The notes beneath the pieces were generated by a model, which saw only the letters and a list, made by a program, of their open reading frames with translations, was not told the origin of the DNA and made no database searches. 55,310 nucleotides of DNA from Treponema sp. (GTDB taxonomy: Bacteria > Spirochaetota > Spirochaetia > Treponematales > Treponemataceae): NCBI GenBank assembly GCA_024681195.1, contig JAILBH010000173.1, positions 1 through 55,310 on the forward strand. The letters are read 5' to 3'. The translations under genes and the position numbers were made by a program. This document shows, piece after piece, positions 18,334 to 26,751 of this stretch; the stretch's first letter is position 1, and each line of letters starts with the position of its first letter.

Positions 18334-18354
18334 AATATCTATATATTAAGAATA

Positions 18355-19578
18355 TTACTCTTTTATTGCGCTATATATTATATTCTTCACGCAGCGCGTG
18401 AGCTCCCAGGTGCCGGCGTCTACTTTTTGCATGGTTATTACTAAGACTATATTGTTGGCTGGGTCTATGCCAAGGTATGGGCCAAGCCAGCCGTCCCAGC
18501 CGTATTCGCCTTTGGTGGTCAGGGCTTTGCATTTTCCAGGCTCTTTTGCTATGCGTAAAAGGTTGCAATAGGTATAGCCGCTCAGGTGTTCCATTTTCTG
18601 GTTGAATTTCTGCTGTATGTTATCACGGAGTTCTGCGCCTGACATAAAGTCTACTGTAGCACCCTGCAAAAGCTGTTTTCCGTTAAAGTTGCCGCGGTTT
18701 ACAAGCATAAGTCCAAACTTCATAAAATCATCAATTGTAGAACAAAGCCCTGCTCCACCGCTTTCAAAAGAAGGCGCATGATCCATTTTATACTGAATAC
18801 CAAGATTACAGCCCTCAAAAGGAAGATTTGCAAACTTTCCATTATGATTTGGATCTTGAACTGTTTTGTAAATTTTAGAAAGACGCGGCTGTTTAGCTTT
18901 AGGAACATAAAAAGCTGTATCATCCATTCCAAGCGGATCAAATATATTTTCTTTTAAAAACTCACTGAATTTCTTGCCGCTGACTTTTTCAATTACGGCA
19001 CCAAGTATATCTGCAGAAAAACCATACTGATAATCTGTTCCAGGTTCAAAGTTCAAAGGAATCTGAGCAATTTTTTTAGCAAATTCCTGAGTAATAATTT
19101 TACAAGGCCCCGCTGCATCATCATTAAGTTCTTCAATTAAATCGGAAGTCAAAAATTCACCATAAGTAGAGCCTTCCCAATAAGCCCCATAACCATAACC
19201 ACTTGTCATATTAAGAAGGTCCTGAATAAGAATAGGCCTTTCTGCAGGATGAGGCTTTCCATTACGCCCTGTATCAGTACAAACCTTTACTTCCCAGAAT
19301 TCCGGAAGAATATCTCTGACAGGCTTTCCCAGATCCAGCTTACCCTGCTCGATCAACTTATAAGCCGCTACCGCAGTAACAGTCTTTGTCATTGAATACA
19401 TACGGCAGATAGTATCCCGTTCAAAAGCCTTTTTACTCATAATATCAGCAAGTCCCGCCTGCCAATATCCGATTTCTTTATTATCCTTATATAAAAGTAC
19501 ATTCACCCCAGCTACATGATTCTCTTTAACATATTGCTCCAATGTCTCTTGTATTCGCGCCAGATTTTTCATTTCCAT
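18355..19578 (-). CDS. Serine hydrolase (beta-lactamase-like / family VIII esterase)
   Basis: SMTK (SxxK), LLNMTSG, FEPGTDYQY, GGAGL, YGWDGWLG; no signal peptide. Confidence 0.9.
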   Translation of the reverse strand: MEMKNLARIQETLEQYVKENHVAGVNVLLYKDNKEIGYWQAGLADIMSKKAFERDTICRMYSMTKTVTAVAAYKLIEQGKLDLGKPVRDILPEFWEVKVCTDTGRNGKPHPAERPILIQDLLNMTSGYGYGAYWEGSTYGEFLTSDLIEELNDDAAGPCKIITQEFAKKIAQIPLNFEPGTDYQYGFSADILGAVIEKVSGKKFSEFLKENIFDPLGMDDTAFYVPKAKQPRLSKIYKTVQDPNHNGKFANLPFEGCNLGIQYKMDHAPSFESGGAGLCSTIDDFMKFGLMLVNRGNFNGKQLLQGATVDFMSGAELRDNIQQKFNQKMEHLSGYTYCNLLRIAKEPGKCKALTTKGEYGWDGWLGPYLGIDPANNIVLVITMQKVDAGTWELTRCVKNIIYSAIKE

Positions 19579-19658
19579 TTTTCTAATCCTTTCTCTTATT
19601 ATGAACCATATTTTAAGAAATAAAAAGAAAAAGATTTAGGAAAGAATAAAATTTCAAT

Positions 19659-19760
19659 GAAAAGTATGGGTACGTAGTGCAAAATACCGGGAGACTGCAT
19701 CATAATAGCCGCGAAGCGCGCAGTCTTCCGGGATTTTGCACGGGAGTACCCATACTTTTC
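19659..19760 (+). repeat. Long intergenic hairpin element B
   Basis: 15-bp IR GAAAAGTATGGGTAC/GTACCCATACTTTTC, inner stems GTGCAAAAT/ATTTTGCAC and CCGGGAGACTGC/GCAGTCTTCCGG, loop containing GCGAAGC. Confidence 0.85.
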
Positions 19761-19813
19761 CTTAAAAATTAGTCCTTTGTTCATTAAAAATATTTCTTTT
19801 GTTCATTAAAAAT
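19754..19813 (+). promoter_or_regulatory. Direct repeats at a 22-bp period upstream of the araB promoter (candidate operator)
   Basis: TTTGTTCATTAAAAAT at 19776 and 19798, a 12/16 copy at 19754, TATAAT at 19863-68. Confidence 0.55.
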
Positions 19814-19888
19814 TTCATACTTTTTAAATAATTTTTTCTATTTATTTTCTTCATTTTTCGTTTATAATATTGTAAAAGGATTAACAAA

Positions 19889-21490
19889 ATGGAAAATAAA
19901 GAACTTATTGAGGCTGGAAAGGCCGTTTTAGGTATTGAATTTGGTTCAACACGCATCAAAGCCGTGCTGATTAACGAAAAATATGAACCTATTGCAGGCG
20001 GTTCATATACCTGGGAAAACACCCTGGACAATGGAATCTGGACCTACCCTTTAAGCCAGATTCACGAAGGTCTTCAGACCTGTTACGCAGACCTTAAAAA
20101 GGACGTTCAGGAAAAATACGGCGTAAAGCTTACAAAGTTCCGTGCCGGCGGTATTTCTGCCATGATGCACGGCTACCTTGCTTTTGGTAAGCATGAAGAT
20201 CTTCTTGTTCCATTCAGAACCTGGCGTAACACTATTACAGGCCAGGCTTCTAAAGAGCTTTCGGACCTTTTTAACTTCCCGGTTCCAGAGCGCTGGTCTG
20301 TTTCTCACCTCTATCAAGCTATTTTGAACAAAGAGCCTCATATCAGATACATTGAAACTGTTTATACACTCGCAGGCTATATTCACTACAAGCTTACAGG
20401 CAAGAAGGTGCTTGGTGTAGGAGACGCCAGCGGTATGTTCCCTGTAAAATACGACGCTGGTAAAGCTAATTATAATCCTGATTTTAAAGCTAAGTTTGAA
20501 GCTTTGGATAGCGTAAAGGCCCTTGGTCTTAAGATTGATAACATATTCCCTAAGGTTTTGATGGCTGGTGAAAAAGCAGGAGAATTGACTGAAGCCGGTG
20601 CTAAGTTCCTTGACCCGACAGGGGACCTCCAGGCTGGTATTCCATTCTGTCCTCCAGAAGGTGATGCAGGAACCGGTATGGTTGCAACTAACTCTGTTAT
20701 CGCAAAGACAGGTAACATTTCTGCCGGAACATCTGTATTCAGCATGGTGGTTCTCGAAAAAGATTTGAAGAAAGCTTACCCTGGAATTATCGATATCGTA
20801 ACTACACCAACCGGACTTCCTGTTGCAATGGTTCACGCTAACAACTGTACAGGCGAACACAATTACTGGATGGATCTTTTCTATGAAGTAGCAACTTTGA
20901 TGTGCGGTGAAGAAAATACTCCAAAGATCGGTAAGTTCTTTGATGATTTGATTTCTAAATCTATGGAAGCTGATAAAGATTGCGGCGGCCTTCTCGCTTA
21001 TAACTACCTTTCCGGTGAAACAATCACTGGCTTTAACAGCGGCCGTCCTTTGTTCGTCCGTGCAGAAAATGCTAAGTTCAATGTTGCAAACTTTATGCGT
21101 ACTCAGATGTTCGCTTCTCTTGGCGCTCTCCGTGCAGGCATGAACATTCTTTATGATGAAGAAAAAGTTCCAGTAGAAAGAATGACAGGTGCCGGCGGAT
21201 ACTTTAAGACTGATGCTGGTTTGGAATATATGGCAGCTGCAATGAAGACTTCTGTAAGTGCAATGGAAACAGCAGGTGAAGGCGGACCTTGGGGTATGGC
21301 ATTGCTGGCTGCATATTCTATTGATCCAAACCTTAAAACATTAAATGAATTCTTAAATATGAATGTATTTACTGGTTGTAAGAAAATTACAGCTACACCA
21401 GAAGACGAATTGATCGAAAGCTTTAATATTTACTTTGAAAGATATATGAAAGGATTGGATATTGAACGTGCAGCTGTAAATACATTGTAA
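19889..21490 (+). CDS. araB: FGGY-family pentulose kinase, probably L-ribulokinase
   Basis: LGIEFGSTRIKA, SAMMHGY, PFRTWRN, PPEGDAGTG, SAGTS; adjacent to araD. Confidence 0.8.
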   Translation: MENKELIEAGKAVLGIEFGSTRIKAVLINEKYEPIAGGSYTWENTLDNGIWTYPLSQIHEGLQTCYADLKKDVQEKYGVKLTKFRAGGISAMMHGYLAFGKHEDLLVPFRTWRNTITGQASKELSDLFNFPVPERWSVSHLYQAILNKEPHIRYIETVYTLAGYIHYKLTGKKVLGVGDASGMFPVKYDAGKANYNPDFKAKFEALDSVKALGLKIDNIFPKVLMAGEKAGELTEAGAKFLDPTGDLQAGIPFCPPEGDAGTGMVATNSVIAKTGNISAGTSVFSMVVLEKDLKKAYPGIIDIVTTPTGLPVAMVHANNCTGEHNYWMDLFYEVATLMCGEENTPKIGKFFDDLISKSMEADKDCGGLLAYNYLSGETITGFNSGRPLFVRAENAKFNVANFMRTQMFASLGALRAGMNILYDEEKVPVERMTGAGGYFKTDAGLEYMAAAMKTSVSAMETAGEGGPWGMALLAAYSIDPNLKTLNEFLNMNVFTGCKKITATPEDELIESFNIYFERYMKGLDIERAAVNTL

Positions 21491-21529
21491 TCTACAAACA
21501 TGGCTCTCAGCGAAAAAGAGGAAAGAAAT

Positions 21530-22246
21530 ATGACTTACGAAACAATACGACAACAGGCTTACGAAGCCAATATGAAAATACCAGAGAACCATCTGGCTCT
21601 CTATACCTGGGGAAACGTTTCTGCTTTTGATAAAGACAAATGCGTTTTTGCAATTAAACCGTCTGGAGTTCCTTATCCCGAACTCACTCCAGAATCTATG
21701 GTAATCATTGACCTTGACGGCAACAAAGTAGACGGCAGCATGAATCCTTCAAGCGACACCCCAACCCATGCAATTCTTTATAAAAAATTTGGCATGGAAA
21801 TGGGAGCCGAAATTGGTGGAATCATTCATACACATTCAACCTTTGCTGTAAGCTGGGCACAGGCAGTACGAAGCGTACCTCTTTTTGGAACTACACATGC
21901 AGACCATATCCAGAAAGCAATACCTTGTACTCCATACTTGAGCAAAGAAGCAGTTGAAAGTGACTATGAAAAAGAAACAGGACTGCTCATAGTAAAACAT
22001 TTTGCAGACCTTGGACTTAATCCAAGCGAAGTAAATATGGTGCTTTGCGGCGGACACGGACCTTTTGCCTGGGGTAAAAATGCAGAAAAAGCTGTATATA
22101 ATGGAACGGTTCTGGAAGAAATCTGCAAGATGGCGCTTAATACTCTTGCGCTTAATCCTGATGCAACTCCTCTTCCAGACTACATCGTAAATAAGCATTA
22201 TATGCGAAAGCATGGTCCTAATGCCTACTATGGCCAGGGAAAATGA
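21530..22246 (+). CDS. araD: L-ribulose-5-phosphate 4-epimerase
   Basis: TWGNVS, IKPSGV, PSSDTPTH, HTHS, GTTHAD, HYMRKHGPNAYYGQ. GAGG SD favours ATG 21530. Confidence 0.96.
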   Translation: MTYETIRQQAYEANMKIPENHLALYTWGNVSAFDKDKCVFAIKPSGVPYPELTPESMVIIDLDGNKVDGSMNPSSDTPTHAILYKKFGMEMGAEIGGIIHTHSTFAVSWAQAVRSVPLFGTTHADHIQKAIPCTPYLSKEAVESDYEKETGLLIVKHFADLGLNPSEVNMVLCGGHGPFAWGKNAEKAVYNGTVLEEICKMALNTLALNPDATPLPDYIVNKHYMRKHGPNAYYGQGK

Positions 22247-22980
22247 ACCGCTCCTATTATACCAATGCCATAATCCTCAACCTAAAACCTGTGGGCGAAA
22301 ATAACAATTCTGTTACTTTACTCACCCCGGACAAAGGCATTATATACGCTACACTTTACGGTGGCCCCAAATCTAAACTCAGGTCGCAGGTAGCGTTATG
22401 GCATTCCGGTATTATCTGGCTTTATGAAGTTCCTGAAAAAAATCAGATTAAAATAAGCGACATGGATGTCAAAAACTTTCATCAAAGCTTTGGTGAAAAT
22501 CTTTTTAAAATGTATGCCGCTTCATTAGCCGCAGAGCTTGCCATTAAAACCCGTTGTGCAGGCAGCGCAGAACAATGCTTTACTCTGTTACTTGGCTTTT
22601 TAGACGGGATGGAACTGTGTGACGAAGAGCAGTCCCGTCTTGGACTCATCCGTTTTTTATGGCGTTATCTGGAACTCATGGGTATAAGGCCAGACACAAG
22701 TGATTCTGAAGCATTTACATCTGACTCAATTTCGTATTATAATATAATTGATAATTGTTTTACGTGGGAGCGGGATGAACAATCAACACATTTAATTCCT
22801 GTAAAAAACCGTTCAGTTCAATATCTGGCTGCAATCTCAAACCTTTCACCGTCTGAAGTACGAAAAATACCTGTAGACAAAGAGGTTTATGAAGAAATAA
22901 AGCAATTTGTTTTTTTTCTGCTGGAAAAAAATCTGGAATCAGAGCTGAATACAATCAAAACAGGAACCGGGATATTATAG
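22243..22980 (+). CDS. recO: DNA repair protein RecO
   Basis: N-terminal OB-fold pattern (AIIL...GENN..VTLLTPDKG), RFLWRYLELMGIRP; precedes recJ. Confidence 0.8.
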   Translation: MNRSYYTNAIILNLKPVGENNNSVTLLTPDKGIIYATLYGGPKSKLRSQVALWHSGIIWLYEVPEKNQIKISDMDVKNFHQSFGENLFKMYAASLAAELAIKTRCAGSAEQCFTLLLGFLDGMELCDEEQSRLGLIRFLWRYLELMGIRPDTSDSEAFTSDSISYYNIIDNCFTWERDEQSTHLIPVKNRSVQYLAAISNLSPSEVRKIPVDKEVYEEIKQFVFFLLEKNLESELNTIKTGTGIL

Positions 22981-23002
22981 ATTGTAATCATGAGGGGAAA
23001 AA

Positions 23003-25138
23003 TTGAATAATTGGGTAAAAAGTCCGGTAACAATACAGCAGATTGCACCTTTATGCGAAAAATTTAACATAGACAAGCTTCTTGCCTCCATCCTTGTACG
23101 CAGAGGAATTACCGAAGGAAAAGACATTCTTTATTTTCTTGAAAGCGATATGCGTTTTACTCATAATCCTTTTCTTTTTAACTCCATGGAAGATGCCGTT
23201 GAACGTATAACTCAGGCCGAAGAAGAAGGAGAAAAAATTCTTATTTTTGGTGACCGTGATGTTGACGGGGTTACAAGCACCACAATTCTTTATGATTATC
23301 TTAAACAAAGAAATATTGATGTAAGATGCCGTCTCCCTTTAGAAAGCGAAGCCTATGGCCTTTCAAAACAGGCTGTTGATGATTTTGCTGCTGAAGATGG
23401 AACTCTCATTATTACAGTAGACTGTGGAATTTCAAATTTTGAAGAGATTGAATATGCAGCCTCTCTTGGAATTGACGTAATTGTAACAGACCATCACAAT
23501 GCTCCGGAAAATTTGCCTCCTGCAATTGTAATTCTGGATCCAAAAGCTCCTGATTCGGGCTACCCTTTTGTTGATATTTCTGGAGCTGCAGTTGCCTTTA
23601 AGCTGGTTTCTGCACTCCGTTTTTCTCATTCTGATTTTTATAATTCTGAACTCTGTCTCATGGATATTACAGAGTTAGAAGATTCATATGAAATTTCCTG
23701 CGTAAAAATCCGTAATCTTGTAAAAGTTAAAGAACTGCATGAAAAAATAATTCCAGGCAAAACAACAATTTATGATCTTAAGCTGCCTTATTTTCTTCAG
23801 GGACAGGTCATTTACGCCTGGAACAGCACAGAAATCAAAAAGCAGCTCAACGAGATTTTTGGCAGTGGAATAGAATTCAGCATTTATGATTTACAGGCAG
23901 AGGTTGTAAAACTCATCCCTGCCTTAAAGGGCAAAACTTCTTCTCAGATTCATGCAAGCTCTACTATTGCAAAATACATGAGTGAACAGATGTCTGTATC
24001 TGTAATAGATTCCCTTTTTAATCTTTATGTTACCTGGTGCAAAAAATTTATTGCAAAGCAGAATGAAGGGGCTTCGCAAAATGAACAGAGGGATTTGCAG
24101 CTGGTGGCTCTTGCTGCAATTGCAGATATAATGCCTCTTAAAAATGAAAACAGAATTTTTATTAAAAGAGGCATTGCTTCTATAAAAGAAAAAGGTCCAC
24201 GGGAAGGACTTTCAGAGCTTTTTGCACAACTTAAAATCAATCCGCAAGCCCTTACATCTACTGATATTGCATGGACTATAACTCCGGCTCTTAACGCAGC
24301 AGGAAGACTAGGACAGGCAGACCTTGCACTTTCACTTTTGATTTCTTCTGATCCTGCAGAACGCAATTCTTTGGCAGCAAGAATCTATTCATTAAACGAA
24401 GAACGCAAACGTCTTGTAAGCATGGCAACCTTTCAGATTAAAGATAACAAAATCCAATATTCAGATGATAATGATGGAAAGCTCTTCGTAATTGTAGATG
24501 AAAATATTCATCCCGGCATAACTGGTAATATTGCAGGCAAGCTCATGCAGGACAAAAACATTCCGGCAATTGTTGTTACTAAATCAGAGGATGTTTACAA
24601 AGGCTCCATGCGAAGCTGCAGAGGCTTTATCTGTACAGAATTTCTTTCACGTTTCGGCGACTTTTTCATAAATTATGGCGGTCACAATGCTGCAGCAGGC
24701 TTTAGCTTTAACGGTGATAAGCTGGAATTATTCCATAAAAAAATCAAAGAAATTGTTCCGTCTATTAACCTTGAGGAAGAAAATCTCGATATTTATATAG
24801 ATGCAGAAATTCCTCCTGAATATCTGACACCCGAAACTTTTAATCTGCTTGATAAAATGGAGCCTTTTGGTTCAGAAAACAGGGAGCTTACTCTTGTATC
24901 AAAAAATGTAAGGATTATTGATGCCATCAAGCAGGGAAAGAAAGAACCTCTATCCCTAAAACTTGTATTCGAGTTTGGCAAATACAAAATTCCTGCAATG
25001 TTTTTTGGACAGGCAGAAAGACTGGGAAAAGACATCTTTACAGGCCAGAGTTATGAAATACTTTATACTATGGTCAAAAATTATTTTAACGGCAATGTAA
25101 CGCCACAGCTTAGATTAAAGGAAGTGAGAAAATCATGA
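23003..25138 (+). CDS. recJ: ssDNA-specific exonuclease RecJ with an internal insertion
   Basis: GDRDVDG, ITVDCG, TDHH, PALNAAGR, GGHNAAAG, EPFG; TTG start with GAGGGG SD. Confidence 0.95.
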   Translation: MNNWVKSPVTIQQIAPLCEKFNIDKLLASILVRRGITEGKDILYFLESDMRFTHNPFLFNSMEDAVERITQAEEEGEKILIFGDRDVDGVTSTTILYDYLKQRNIDVRCRLPLESEAYGLSKQAVDDFAAEDGTLIITVDCGISNFEEIEYAASLGIDVIVTDHHNAPENLPPAIVILDPKAPDSGYPFVDISGAAVAFKLVSALRFSHSDFYNSELCLMDITELEDSYEISCVKIRNLVKVKELHEKIIPGKTTIYDLKLPYFLQGQVIYAWNSTEIKKQLNEIFGSGIEFSIYDLQAEVVKLIPALKGKTSSQIHASSTIAKYMSEQMSVSVIDSLFNLYVTWCKKFIAKQNEGASQNEQRDLQLVALAAIADIMPLKNENRIFIKRGIASIKEKGPREGLSELFAQLKINPQALTSTDIAWTITPALNAAGRLGQADLALSLLISSDPAERNSLAARIYSLNEERKRLVSMATFQIKDNKIQYSDDNDGKLFVIVDENIHPGITGNIAGKLMQDKNIPAIVVTKSEDVYKGSMRSCRGFICTEFLSRFGDFFINYGGHNAAAGFSFNGDKLELFHKKIKEIVPSINLEEENLDIYIDAEIPPEYLTPETFNLLDKMEPFGSENRELTLVSKNVRIIDAIKQGKKEPLSLKLVFEFGKYKIPAMFFGQAERLGKDIFTGQSYEILYTMVKNYFNGNVTPQLRLKEVRKS

Positions 25139-26112
25139 AAAAACTTTTAATTGCTTTGCTTGCTTTTATGCAAATTTGTTTTTGTTTTGCAAAATCAGCA
25201 GTATTTCAATCAGAAAATTACAGCCTTAATGTTGAATATAACGAAAAACTAATCCCGGGAGATGCAGTTTTTGTAAGAATGTCAATCACCTTGCCAAAGA
25301 ATCATAAAAAGGCTAAGAATGATACAGAAAAAAGAGCAGCCCTTATTTTTTATCAGGATAAAAAACAGATTGATAAAGTAAACTTTTATTCTGTAGGAAA
25401 GAAAAAGAATAATCAGACTTATTCAGATCTTCTTTGCGGACTTCCCCTTTCTCCATGGCTCGAAAACGGAAACTATTCTCTTAAGGTAGTTTTTTCTTTT
25501 TCTGAAGATGAAACAAATGAATTCACACTTCCTGTAATTTTTGAAAACCGTAAATTTAATTCAGAAACAATTCAATTAAATGAATCAAACACAGCAATCA
25601 AAACAGATAACAGTCCAGAGCGAACAGCCCAGATTAATAAATTAAATGATATCCTTTTTACAACAATGCCACAGGATGTATTTACACTTAAAAAATTTAT
25701 TTGTCCTACAACTTCTACCCGTTATACCGCCTGGTATGGAGACAGAAGAGTTTATGCTTATTCAAACGGAAAATCTTCTACAAGTCTTCATTATGGAAAT
25801 GATTACGGAATACCTGAAGGTTCAGAAGTCCGTGCCTGTGCAGATGGAAAAGTTGTAATGGCCGAAAACAGAATCTCTACAGGCTGGAGCATTGTTGTAG
25901 AACATCTTCCCGGACTTTACAGCCTTTATTATCATCTTTCAGAAATGCTTGTAAAAGAAGGAGACATGGTTAAACAGGGAGATTTAATTGCAAAATCTGG
26001 TTCAACAGGACTTGCAACTGGTCCTCACCTTCACTGGGAAATGAGATTAAACGGAAGCGCTGTAAGACCAGAATTCTTTATGAAGGATTTTGCTTTCGAA
26101 GAAGAAGATTAA
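25135..26112 (+). CDS. Exported M23-family metallopeptidase
   Basis: Signal peptide; HYGND, YYHL, TGPHLHWE. Confidence 0.92.
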   Translation: MKKLLIALLAFMQICFCFAKSAVFQSENYSLNVEYNEKLIPGDAVFVRMSITLPKNHKKAKNDTEKRAALIFYQDKKQIDKVNFYSVGKKKNNQTYSDLLCGLPLSPWLENGNYSLKVVFSFSEDETNEFTLPVIFENRKFNSETIQLNESNTAIKTDNSPERTAQINKLNDILFTTMPQDVFTLKKFICPTTSTRYTAWYGDRRVYAYSNGKSSTSLHYGNDYGIPEGSEVRACADGKVVMAENRISTGWSIVVEHLPGLYSLYYHLSEMLVKEGDMVKQGDLIAKSGSTGLATGPHLHWEMRLNGSAVRPEFFMKDFAFEEED

Positions 26113-26750
26113 AGTTCAACTACAACAAGATCACCTGAAGCTGTACTTTGAATGGAATAAAAAACATTTGTTTTACAGGCAGATAAATCAAGCGAATAAG
26201 TTGAACAATGACCGAATGATAAGACAGGAATCTTTTTAGTTGCAAAACGGGCAATCTTATAAAGATTCCTTCTTTCTTTTAAAGTGGAACCAAAACCTAA
26301 CAGCAGGCACTGTCCATTATCATCGTAAAATTTTTCCAGAGAAGTTCCCTTTTTCCACTCCGGATGAGTCTGCATGATTCTGTCTTTTCCATAAATGCAG
26401 GTAGGAAACAAAAAACTTTTACCATTAATATTCGCTTCTGCAAATTCTACAGAAAGATAATTTCCCGACCACGAACGTTCTATTGTTGCAATTTCATTTC
26501 CATTAGAATCAACTATTGAAAAAGCAGCACTTATTGTATTTGCATCACTGTTAGAAGAAGAGCCATAAATATTCAGACGAATATATTCTGTCTGTACATC
26601 CGGCGAAAGTTGAATTGCTGCACTCCACACAGAATAAAAGGTATAAAAAGTAAAAAGAATATATATAATACAAAGAAAACTTATGAGACTAAAAATAAAA
26701 TCTCTTATTACAGCTTTTACTGATATCTCACGTCCATTTATTTTTTTCAT
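26109..26750 (-). CDS. Hypothetical membrane-anchored protein
   Basis: N-terminal TM helix; ATG 26750 immediately after the ligA stop. Confidence 0.7.
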   Translation of the reverse strand: MKKINGREISVKAVIRDFIFSLISFLCIIYILFTFYTFYSVWSAAIQLSPDVQTEYIRLNIYGSSSNSDANTISAAFSIVDSNGNEIATIERSWSGNYLSVEFAEANINGKSFLFPTCIYGKDRIMQTHPEWKKGTSLEKFYDDNGQCLLLGFGSTLKERRNLYKIARFATKKIPVLSFGHCSTYSLDLSACKTNVFYSIQSTASGDLVVVEL

Positions 26751-26751
26751 A

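Noticed and set aside
18153-18335. Short ORFs over hairpin elements (also 19599..19784, 49932..50117, 49959..50159)
   Set aside because: They are open because the elements are GC-rich; conservation between copies follows base pairing, not codons.
18355-19578. True beta-lactamase resistance gene
   Set aside because: No signal peptide, and W-D-G replaces the KTG motif, which fits family VIII esterases.
19754-19813. Possible mini-CRISPR
   Set aside because: 16-bp units with 6-bp spacing and no cas genes; not CRISPR geometry.
20051-20860. 269-aa minus-strand ORF, and similarly 42480..43193, 4647..5096, 27955..28425
   Set aside because: Antisense shadows of well-supported genes, with no motifs or SD.
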